NCBI RefSeq assembly: GCF_032191835.1
Contig: NC_083225.1
Span: 54,188,001-54,252,000 of the forward strand
Source: Heteronotia binoei
Taxonomy: Eukaryota
DNA length: 64,000 nucleotides
Direction of reading: 5' to 3'
Shown: piece by piece, positions 13,392-23,500 of the stretch
Numbering within the stretch: position 1 is the stretch's first letter
How the letters are laid out: every line of letters begins with the position of its first letter
The notes under the pieces: model-generated
What the model saw: the letters and a program-made list of their open reading frames with translations, nothing else
Told to the model about the DNA's origin: nothing
Database searches by the model: none
Program-made: the position numbers and the translations under genes

Positions 13392-13805
13392 CAGGGCTGT
13401 CTAAACGCATGGATCCGTGGGTCCCATGAGCATAGGGGTCTCATAGTATCTGAAGACCATTGACTTCAAGCCAATAATAAAGCAATTCTCTGCTAAGAAA
13501 TGCTGCAAATGTTTGTTATAAGAAATTCGTAGTAATTTCATACTGTGACATCTAATCTGTATGGTTTACTGATTATTATTGCGTTTTTCAAGCTTCGTGT
13601 ATTGTTCAAATGTTTATCATGTTGATTAGTTGTTGCTGCACAGCATGTTTTTAATGTTTCAACACCGATTTTGTTGGAAGTGCCAATAAAATAAATATAT
13701 ATTTAATTTTATCGACCATTTACATTTTTATTCCTGTGAATAGTTGTCGTAGAGGCACAGTACACTGCTTTGCCTGGGGCCCATAATGCTGTTAAGACAA
13801 CCCTG
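13392..13805. mobile_element. hAT non-autonomous element (414 bp)
   Basis: CAGGGCTGTCT...AGACAACCCTG termini; exact TSD GCTTTTAT. Confidence 0.88.
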
Positions 13806-14590
13806 GCTTTTATATTCACCTGGCCATGACACATTGTAGAGCCAACCCATCACCTACTCACGTGAGAAGTTTACAGATGTACCAGAGGAATCTGAACTAT
13901 TCTGTGTTGCATGCCATAGAGGTGCAGTCAGCTTCTACATAAAACTGGAACATGACAATAGCATTCTTAGTACTGGCAGACTGGAATATCTTTATGCTTT
14001 GGCTGGTTTCAACGTCATTTTATATACTTTCAAGATTCCTTATCCTAAAGTGACAACTTTAACCTTGCTGCGTCTATCTGAAGCACAATTTTGATCCACC
14101 AGATGTCACCAGAGAACAGTTTATCAATATCAATATATTTTCTTTATATGTGTTGAGTAATTCTCATGCTACATGCAACATATGTATAGTGTAATGCGTG
14201 ATTTAAACATTCAGTTTATCTAGGTACTACTAGTCCCCAGTTTCCTTTGTAAATTAAATGTATGTTTTGTTTTTTCTTACAACAGATGCACAGGCAGGAT
14301 TACATGAGTTAACTGTAACATGTGAACAGGTAGTCTTCCACCAGTGGGTGAAGTCTTTGTTTCATTTGGAGTTCTCTCCACGACTCATCCTTCCTGTCCT
14401 ATATTTGAATTAGTGTTTTATATGATTTTAATATGTATTTTAGTTTTGGTTTTAATTGTGTTTATGATACATTATAATGCTTTAACTGTTAGCTCCCTTA
14501 GTAGCTATGATTGAGCACAAAAGCAACATACAAATTTGCATAAAATAGATACCTAAGCCAGTCATCAGTATACAATGATCAAGTTTTATG

Positions 14591-14772
14591 CAGGGCTTTT
14601 TTTGAGCAGGAATACACAGCAATGCAGTTCTGACTGGCTTGGTATCAGGGGTGTGGCCTAAAATGCAAATAAGTTCCTGCTGGACTTTTTCTACAAAAAA
14701 AGCCCTGTGCAAAACAATGGTTATGTCAGTGAGGATGACCTAATATACAAGTGAGTTCCTGCTGGGCTTTTT
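14591..14772. mobile_element. CAGGGCTTTTT-family MITE, one end truncated
   Basis: Inverted homolog of 8598-8794. Confidence 0.75.
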
Positions 14773-14804
14773 CTTATGGCATCTTAAAGACTAACAAAGC
14801 CCAT

Positions 14805-14805
<1 letters not shown>

Positions 14806-14841
<36 letters not shown>
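14806..14841. repeat. (CA)n microsatellite
   Basis: Read directly. Other short ones: (CA)n ~9488-9510 and (GT)n ~1637-1652. Confidence 0.95.
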
Positions 14842-14843
<2 letters not shown>

Positions 14844-15964
14844 TTTTTGTGGACTAGAATGTACTTTCTCTGAAAAGGTCCTCACTATCCCATTATTTTA
14901 GAGCAGGGGAAAAACATGGTCAAAGGGGCATGAAATGGTGGAATAGAGGGTGAAATATGAGGTATAATTCAAAGCTAACCAACAAAATACAGAGGCTATT
15001 AACTAGTTATTGCTCAGTTAGTCAGCACATAACTGGATGGGTAGTATGTATCTTCCTATTAGTGCCTGAAATAATGCTAGTGAGATCACAGGAACACACT
15101 TCATCTCCTGGTCAACTTAGCAATTAAGAGTCCCTTTGATCAAATGTAGTTGTATCACAGTAAAAATGAACAAGTTCACCTCCACCATCTTATGTTTATA
15201 CTAAATATGCCAAAAAATGTTTATTTGCAGACCTGCTTCTTTATGTTACTTTTCAAATAATTAGTTTTATGTTCTTGTGCATTAAAATTAAAAAGGTTCA
15301 AGGTACTCCTCGTTGTCTTTGCATGGGCAGAAATATTTTGATTTGGTTTTATATATAATAACCCTACCTGCAGTCTGAAATACTAGACCCTGGAATACTG
15401 TGCCACATCATTTGTCTGAATATGGAACAAACCACTCACTTCCTTTCTAAATTATGAACATAGCCCATAACTCTACACTTCACTCAGTCTAATACATGTT
15501 AACTTGACAGACAGCTTTGCTACCTTTAGTTAAATATACTTCCTTGTGCTTAGGATCATTAATTGACATGTTGTCAATGGATGCCAGGTGTTGTCTACTG
15601 TGAGCATTCCTTACTGTATAAATAGGGATGTTGTATATAATCCTTGACGTAATCACCACACTGAGGGCTTACATACTCTCAGATTTTTATTTTCAGTTTT
15701 GGTATTTTACACTGTTTCATATGATGTATTTAAAAATGTATATCCTGTTTTTTCTAAATTAGATATAAACAGGTTACAATACACCCAATTTTTAAAATAC
15801 CAGGTCCAAAATAAAATCACATATACAGTTAACATGAGATATTAAGATTTAGGATGTTATATAATTAGCTGACCAGATACTTTACAGTAGAAGGGAAGGC
15901 TCTATCCTTTAAACAAACAAATATAGAAATCAAGTATGGAGCATATTTAGTAAGACTGGATGGA

Positions 15965-16130
15965 TTTAATGTTGATAGATTCAGTTGGGTAGCTATGCTG
16001 GTCTGAAATAGCAAGACAGAGTTTGAGTCCAGTGGCACCTTTAAGACCAAAAAAGTTTTATTTAAGGTATAAGCTTTTGTGTGCAAGCACACTTTTTCAG
16101 ATATAATGAAACAGAATTTCCTCAACCATT
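15965..16130. mobile_element. Penelope-type terminal remnant with a degenerate hammerhead on the minus strand
   Basis: gagtccagtggcacctttaagacc...gtataagcttttgtgtgcaagcacactttttcagata; relatives at 5380-5480 and 6390-6460. Confidence 0.6.
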
Positions 16131-16639
16131 ACATATAGAAAGAGAGAAAAAGGCAGGGTAGTTTCCAAGGGCCAATTAGAGTCAACATGAGACACAAACA
16201 AAATTGGAAATTACCAGTCCAATTTAATGTTGTAACCATGGGTCATAACATAACATTAACATCAGATATAGACAGACATGGGAATATGCCATGAGTAAAT
16301 AACATTGAATTATTATTATTAACATTTAATAAATCATCCTATCCTGGCTAGTGCCAGGCTCAGGGCAATGTACAACAGTAAAAAAATGCATATATAAAAA
16401 ATCAATTACAGTAAAAAATTACAAACCCTGATGGCGTCTTTAAAGTGCTCTTAGTCAGTACATCACGTCAGGGGTGGGGGGATCCCCCCAAGAGGGGGTG
16501 GAGAGGAAAAGGTGCCAGCACAGCAAATAAAGCAAATACAAATAAAGACTATAACCCCATCCAATTGCTATTTAAAATATACCCACTACTCAAAAGCTTA
16601 AAACTTAAGGCTACAATTTAAATATAAGCCTCACTGAGT

Positions 16640-16750
16640 AGCAGACTGGGGAAGGCAATGTCAAACCGCCCCATTAAAAAGTCTGCCATGAAAATACTGT
16701 GAAAACGTCACCCAGAGTCGGAAACAACTGGTACTTGATTTATCTGCAGG
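16640..16750 (+). mobile_element. Sauria SINE 3' part
   Basis: gactggggaaggcaatgtcaaacc...gtcacccagagtcggaaac. Confidence 0.75.
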
Positions 16751-18197
16751 TGCCAATTGACGTATAGAAGAATTTCTAAAATCTCTATTCTCAAACTATG
16801 CACACTGGCAGAGTGATCCTAAGCATAGTTGCATAGTTCGGTCCACTGAAATCAATGGGCTTAGCTGCTTAGGATGCAGTTGTTAATGAATCAGGCAGCC
16901 TTTTTTAATACGTCACAGAACAGACCTGAATACCTCATGGCACACCTAGAAATGAGGCGAATAGATTTCATCCCATTGTTTGCCCTTTTCAACAAATCAA
17001 AGGCCCATTTCCAACTGAGTGGAAGAACGAGAGCATGAGCTCTGACTGTTAACCACAACACCTTTATATAAATCAATTATCATAACCCGCTTGAATCAAG
17101 TGGTTAAAGACAGAGGGATGGATTTAGGAGATCAAGGTTCAGATCCCAAACCAGCAACAAGGAACTTTCTATGCAGGGCCAGCATCTGATTAACCTATTT
17201 GCCAGAATGGATGTCAAGATACATCAATGGTAGTGAAATAACAGCACAGCTCTGTGTTGGCCCTTTTCTTCCTTTTGCCCAAAGGATTGGCCCCTAGATA
17301 TGGAAACCAGGTCATATCCCATGTGTCATAAATATAACCAGCAATTTTATCCTCAATCCATGCTGAGGAGGTTTGTGGGGACAAACAACAATGTCTGTTC
17401 AGCCTGTGGTCACTGGCATAGAAATCCTGGGAGATGGGATATACTGGGAAATGAAAGCATCAGCTAAAGGCCTAAAGAAATATGAAATGTACACACATTA
17501 TTTGCAAGTCATGCTTTCCAGAGTCAGAGAAAAGGGAATACAAGCATAGTGGAAGAGAAACAACTTCAAAAACTTCTCCAGGCCCATAGCCACCGGGGTG
17601 TGTGTGTGTTTGTGGAGGCACTACTCCACGGCATCCAGGTTCAGTCCCTGACTTCCAGGGGGCCCTCCGGGGTGCAGACATGGCTGAGGTGGCAAAGCGT
17701 CAGCAGCAGCAGCCAGAGCTGGGAGACTTGAGCAATGCACAGTGCACTGCAGCAGCAAAAGCAGAAGGCAGAGGGAGGTGGAGGAGTGGGAGCCAGAGGA
17801 AACCACGAGGAATGGGCCAGGGGTGGGTGGGATGGAGCTGCTGGTTGCAAAGTGGGGGACAAGGAAGGAATCTCCGCCCCCCAGCTTGCATACAAGGTGC
17901 AGTCCCTTCTTGACTCCAAAGTTTTAGGATTGGCTGCCTCGACTCGACACACCTTATTGTAGTTCACTATAATCCAGGGAGAGAGCACCAAAACCAGTGG
18001 CACACTGGTTATTTAACATACAGGGACATTTTCCAGAGGGCTTCTCTCTACCCAGGATGGCCAGAACTATGCACATCCAAGACTACCAACTCTGCCAGTC
18101 GTGCCTCAGGAGACAGTTGCCTCAAACCTGCCCCTGCCAATAGTAATTGTCTCCTGCTGCACTGGCACCAATTTGTGGGCAAGAGGAGCAATGGATG

Positions 18198-18409
18198 TAG
18201 GGCTGCCAGCCTCCAGGTGCGGCCTGGAGATCTCCCACTTTAAAAACTGATCCCCAGCTGGCAGAGATCAGCTCCCTTGGAGAAAATGTCTGCTTTGAAG
18301 GGAGGACTCAAAAGCATTGTACTATGCTGAGGCTCCTCCCCAAACCCCGCCCTCTCCTGGCTCCACCCCCAAAGTCTCCAGGTATTTTCCAACAGACCTG
18401 GCAACCCTA
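18198..18409. mobile_element. hAT (Blackjack-like) MITE just upstream of the CpG island
   Basis: TAGGGCTGCCAG...CTGGCAACCCTA termini. Relatives near 29885-30120 and 39864. Confidence 0.8.
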
Positions 18410-18933
18410 AAGGAGTGAAGGAATGCCCAATGTGCCGCCATTCATCTTGGCTTGTTTCAGGGCCATCTCCACTTCTCTTTCTGTTCTTCCTGACCCAAAC
18501 CATAGGTAAAATAGACAGGAGAGATGACCCACCAGAACCTCGGTCCAAGACTTTGCCTGGAGGCTATAACGTTCACGACGACTCAAAACAAGTCGTGGTC
18601 CCTTACAAATTAAGAGATTTCCTGTGGGGAAAGCTTCCTAGAGCCGGAGCCACTTGGATCAGATGCAAAGCCACGAGTTGTTTTGAATTTGGATCTAATA
18701 ATCTGAATATAGAGCATTACATAAATGCAGGTCGTCCTATTTATCCCTTAAACATAAACGCCCCCTCCCCTCCCCCGCGCCATTCAGCGCTAAGTCCTTG
18801 TGAGTGGAGGAGAGGGAGGGCGCGCCACCGCCCACACGGAGACAAAGGCCATCGGCTTCATGCAGTTTCTCTCCTTCTCCCCGGCTGCTCGCAAGAAGGA
18901 AACCTCTAACCCGCTGGCCGGTCTCCGGCCACG

Positions 18934-19073
18934 CACGTGCGCCGCGGGACGAGCGGCGAGCTGAAGGCATGTGCGCTGCCCTCACCCGGCTGGGGACGGG
19001 GCGCGCACTCAGTAGGGCGGTGCTGCCCTCAGCCGGGGAGAATGGGTTATACAACCGCCTGACGTTGCATAAG
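18934..19073. promoter_or_regulatory. E-box (CACGTG 18934-18939) plus two D-box-like PAR-bZIP sites (GTTATACAAC 19046-19055; GTTGCATAAG 19064-19073)
   Basis: Motifs read directly from the sequence; function is inferred. Confidence 0.6.
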
Positions 19074-19267
19074 CGCCTGAGCCGAGAATAGTCCCAGCCG
19101 CGGCTCCGCGGGGTGGGGGCAAGCACCGCCTCTTTCTCCTCCCCCTGACCCCGACGCTATCTCCGGCGGGGACGCCCCAGAAAGAGCTGGCCGCCTTGCC
19201 AGAGCGCTCCGTGCCCTGCCTTCTCATAACGGGGTCTGAGCCCTGGCGAAAGCTAAGCTAGCCGGGC

Positions 19268-19303
19268 ATGGCGGCGTTGGCGTTGGCGACGGGGGCTCTG
19301 TGA
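19268..19303 (+). other. uORF1 MAALALATGAL*
   Basis: ggcATGg ... TGA, out of frame with the main ATG; depends on the transcription start lying upstream of 19268. Confidence 0.55.
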
Positions 19304-19365
19304 AGCCGGCGGCGGGGGCTGCTGCCTTCCCTTTGTCCCAGCCCGCCGAGAGGCTGCGCTCGGCG

Positions 19366-19377
19366 ATGGAGACCTAG
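19366..19377 (+). other. uORF2 M-E-T-stop
   Basis: gcgATGGAGACCTAG, strong Kozak context, stop 50 nt before the main ATG. Confidence 0.65.
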
Positions 19378-19427
19378 CAGCGCCGCCGCCGCCACCACAC
19401 CCACCCCAGCCCGTCTGCCCGGGGAAG

Positions 19428-20130
19428 ATGGAGCTGGGGGGCGCCCACTTCCAGGCCCCGTCCGGAGGCGGGGGTCCCTGCCCGGAAATGTTGCAAGTAG
19501 CCGAGGAGGCTTTCCGAGGCGGGCAGTTCGCGCTGGCGGCCGAGATCCTCAGCTCGCAGCTGGCCGAGCTGCCTCAGCCCGAGCGAGGCCTCTGCCTGCG
19601 TCAAGGGGATGCGCTGGCCCGCGCAGGGCGCATGGCTGAGGCGTTGGAGTCCTACAGCGCGGCCGCTCGGCTGGCCCGGCTGCGGCCCGAGGAGTTGCGG
19701 GAGCTGGCCGAGAGCTTCGCCCTCATCATCCGCGAGAAAGAGCTGCGGCTGCCTCCGGGGCCCGGAGGGGGCGACCCGCTGGGGGACCCCGCCTGCTGCC
19801 GCCCGCCAGAGCTCTTGGGCTGCCCCTCGTGTCTGCGGCTGCTCTGCGAGCCGGTGACTTTGCACTGCGGGCACACCCACTGCAAGCGCTGCGCCCTCAA
19901 CGGCGGAGGGGAGTGTGCGCGGTGCGCTGCCCGGTGCTCGGCCCCGGTCTCCGGCGGGGCGGCCCCGCTAGCAGCTGGGCTCCGCGTGAACGTGGTCCTG
20001 GGCAACTTGCTGGAGAAATGGTTCCCGGACGAGAGCAGAGCGCGCCGGCTGTGCGCCGAAGGGGACGCTTTGTGGGAGACGCAAGAGGTGGCGGCCGCGC
20101 TGGAGAAGTACAACCAGGCCCTGGAACTCG
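19428..20130 (+). CDS. LONRF2: LONRF2 coding exon 1 (TPR-like helices, RING finger 1, start of TPR region)
   Basis: aagATGg start. GLCLRQGDALARAGRMAEAL and RVNVVLGNLLEKWFP match recalled LONRF2 (GLCLRLGDALARAGRLPEAL). C3HC4 RING present. Phase-1 donor CTCG|gtgagt at 20131; 703 nt. Confidence 0.93.
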
Positions 20131-22649
20131 GTGAGTGGTCGCCTCCACACACGCGCGCGCATTTTCTTGTCTCTTCCTCCTATTTTAGCCACAGACTAAA
20201 CTGCAAGTGCCAAAATAACATCAAAACGTATTTCCGTGACACCTTTATAGCTCGACACGTGCGCCGGCTGTGTGCCCTGCAGCAGGCCGAGTACCAGTTT
20301 CTCTCGCCCCCATTTTCATCGGGGAAGCCGATTAGTGATTTTTCTGCTAATGGCGAGGAGTGGGGGGCAAAGGGAAGCCCTGTGTGAAGTCATCAGGCTT
20401 TCGGGATTCAGTGTCGCAGCACAGGGAGGGTCCAGATGTTATGAAATTCAGCCAATAGTGTTAGTACTCGGATTGTTAAAACTGAGATCGCGTCATTCTG
20501 TTCTGAACCTCACTTCATGCTACAGCCAGGTTTGGTCCTGAGAGCTGCGTGGTTTGGGCATGCAGGATGCCTGTGTGACAGTAAAGGGCTGTTTGATCTG
20601 GGAATGTCAGGAGGAATTCTACAACAGGGTCTTCTTTTGAGAGGAGGGTACCTCTCTTAATTGCAACTTCCTGCATTGACCATCTGGTGTCTTTGTGCCA
20701 TATAAGTAGTGGAGGAAGTGTGATTTTTTCTAAAACTTAAGTGTAACTGTATTTTGTGTGTTGGGGCGTAAGCTCTGTTTGTGGACATGTTGGAGCTTCA
20801 ACATGGATATTGGATGTCTTTCCCATTCCCCTTGATCTTGTGCTTCCCAGGCACAGTATGCTTGTTGCCTTGCATCTACTCTAGCTGTGCACAGCAGTAG
20901 CAGGTAATAACTGGTATGACATGCCCAACTTGGCAAGCCTTTTAGAACACCTGCAGACCAGTGCCTGTTCTCTTTATTTTGAATATCAAGAACAAGCAAT
21001 TCTCTCCCTTCTCTTATTTACCTTAGGGTCTCTCTCTCTCTTTTAAACAATACAGGGCAGTGTCACCCATTACATAATTTGCTGCAATAGCTTTTAATTG
21101 TATCCTGTTTGGTACTTTGCCTTATAAATGCACATTTGAACAGATAGACTCACAAAGTATGCTGGTAACTCGGCGATTACATTTATCTTAGATTGACATG
21201 GGGGTTGCGGACTTGGGAGTATTGTGGAATGCCATGCTTCCAGGACTTGGCACTTTCTCATTGTACTGTGAAGTTTCACAGATCAGCCTGATCACCTGGA
21301 AGGCGGTGGGGTGGGGTAGGGTGGGGATGACTCTCTTTCAAGATTTAAGAGTGCTGCAGTGGGTACTTTAGAGCTTTCACAGATATGCCACAAGACCCCT
21401 TTCCCTGTTGATCTTAATAGGGTAGGGAGTTTCTGTGTGAGAGAAGCTGTCTTCATACCTTTCATACATTTAGGTATAATAGAGGAAATGCAGGGCTTTT
21501 TTCCCTGGGGGAATGCAGCAGAATGGTGTTCCGGAACCTCTTAATGGAAACAATTCTCAAAGAGTGTTTAAAAGTTCATGAGGGGCACCTGTGTGTTTCT
21601 CCATATCTTGAGAATTTTGGCACCTCTTTTTCCAGAAAAAATCCCTGAAAAATATATTCAAATTCACACTACAGAAAATAAAATTAGGGCAGAAAATTTG
21701 GCTTTGCATTGTCACACCAACTATATTGTAGCCCCCCTTCCTCAGTAAGTTCTCTTATTTTCAAAATACTTGTTCTGTTGCACATCATAAACTAGCACTT
21801 TGGAACCCAAATCCTTCATACAAAACAAGGTTGTTGTAAGGAAACAATGGAGGAGAGGGGAACAATGTAAGCCAGGAGTCCTCAGTGTGATGCCCATAGG
21901 CACCTTTTCTAGTGTCCATCAAGTGTTTTAAGGGAGTGGGTGGGGGCAGATAGGGGTTTTGCCCTACCTGGCCCCGCCCACTTCCTTATAACACTGATTG
22001 ACTATTGGAGGTTTGATTGGCTGTGCAGATTTTTTTTAAATGTTTCTTTGGCGGCATCAGCCAGCACAGCATAAGGCTGTGTGCTGTGTTACTGAAGTTA
22101 AGCTGTTGCAGTCATTTTGTGGAATGCTCCACCTCCTGTGGCAGCCAGTTTGTTTGCGTGCTCACCCATGGTGTCAGAATTTCAGATGTGTCCACAGGCT
22201 CAAAAAGGTTGGAGAACTCTGATGAAGGCCACTTTAAGTAGCCACAGGGGAGAAAGGAATGAACTGTCCAGCAATTGTAACCGGTGAAGGTTTGATTTTG
22301 GGGCTGATAACATTGTACTGGTCACTCCCTTTCAGCAGTAGCTTTAGGCCTCTATTTATTTATTTTATTTATATCTCGCCCTCCCTGCAAAAGCACGCTC
22401 AGGGCAGCTTACATGTTTCTGGCCATATGTGGTGAACGCTGGGATCCTGAGAGAGGTTACTTGTAGAAGTAAAAGTGATAAAGTAGCCAGCTAAACTGCT
22501 TCCCAGTTACCACGTTGAAGTAATTGGTAACCACTGATTTTCTGGAAGGGTTATGAATCCCTAAATGATTTGGGATTTTCTTTCACATGATTGTTTATAT
22601 TCAATAAACTTTTTAAAAAATACATTGATTTTATGGGCTGTATAAATGT

Positions 22650-23500
22650 ATTTGCTTACTTAATTTATATTGTCTTTGTTGCTAAGACTCAAGGAGGATT
22701 ACAGGATATAAGACAATGCAGGCAGACAATATAAGACAACCAGTGAACAGTGTAATAAGACCAGGATTAAAGTATCAGAGAACAATGTAAACCAACAACC
22801 TATCTAAGGCAAGGTATACTATAAACAGTACCGAGAGCGGATTACAAGGTATAAGACAGTGCAGTAAAGGCAGGTGATACCTACAGCAGTCATCGCAGCA
22901 GATGACAATCCTATTCCATTATAAAGACACACTCCTTTACTGTTCCATTCCCTTTTTGAAAATGCATTCCTGAAGATTTTGGTTTTTCATGTTCTGTGGA
23001 AAAATGCAAGCATGGCAGCTTTCTTGACCACCTTAGGCATGCTGTTCTGCATGGTGGGAGCTACCACTGAGAATGTATATGAACAGGAAGTTGTCAGTCT
23101 TTCCCATTTGTAATATAATACCTTTGAAAGGCTCTGCTTGGATGAGCAAAGCTGTCACACTAGAGCAGGGGTGGGCAACGGTAGTTCTCCGATGTTTTTT
23201 GCCTACAACTCCTATCAGTCCCAGCCATTGGCCATGCTGGCTGGGGCTGATGAGAGTTATAGGCAAAAAACATCTGGAGAGCTACTGTTGGCCACCCCTG
23301 CACTAGAGCATAGTGTGAAAGAAGGTCTTGCAGGTATGCAGGCCCAAGGCTATTAAGAACTTTGTAAGTAATAACCAGAACTTTGAATTGAACTCAGTAA
23401 GTTATTGATAACCATTGGGTTGTTTGTAGAATGGGTGTGACATGCATGTTATGCCAGGTGTCCTATACCAACTGGAGTTTTCAAGTTCTCTTTAAGGGTA
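22650..23500 (-). mobile_element. L2 LINE 3' fragment interrupted by a MITE
   Basis: L2 3'-end composition; ccaaggctattaagaactttgtaag...ttgaattgaac. Confidence 0.6.
23166..23300. mobile_element. hAT-Charlie-like fully palindromic MITE (135 bp)
   Basis: CAGGGGTGGGCAAC...GTTGGCCACCCCTG; exact TSD CACTAGAG. Confidence 0.93.

Larger units (their letters stand above)
18730..20420. promoter_or_regulatory. CpG island / LONRF2 promoter and first exon
   Basis: Sharp rise in GC and CpG density against CpG-depleted flanks; GC boxes; no TATA box seen. Confidence 0.92.

Noticed and set aside
17472-18003. Cluster of ORFs on both strands with CAG/CTG runs
   Set aside because: GC-rich, low-complexity and probably repeat-derived; no splice structure or domain recognised, and no termini found.
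1-18700. Last exons of an upstream neighbour (CHST10 by recalled human synteny)
   Set aside because: No sulfotransferase-like or other recognisable coding exon found in this interval.
18737-20192. Several overlapping antisense or alternative-frame ORFs of 70-170 aa
   Set aside because: Expected from the scarcity of stop codons in a GC-rich CpG island; no recognisable domains.
20131-20387. C-terminal 85 aa of the 319-aa ORF (EWSPPHTRAHF...)
   Set aside because: Read-through past the consensus donor G|gtgagt; homology resumes in exon 2 at 54270.
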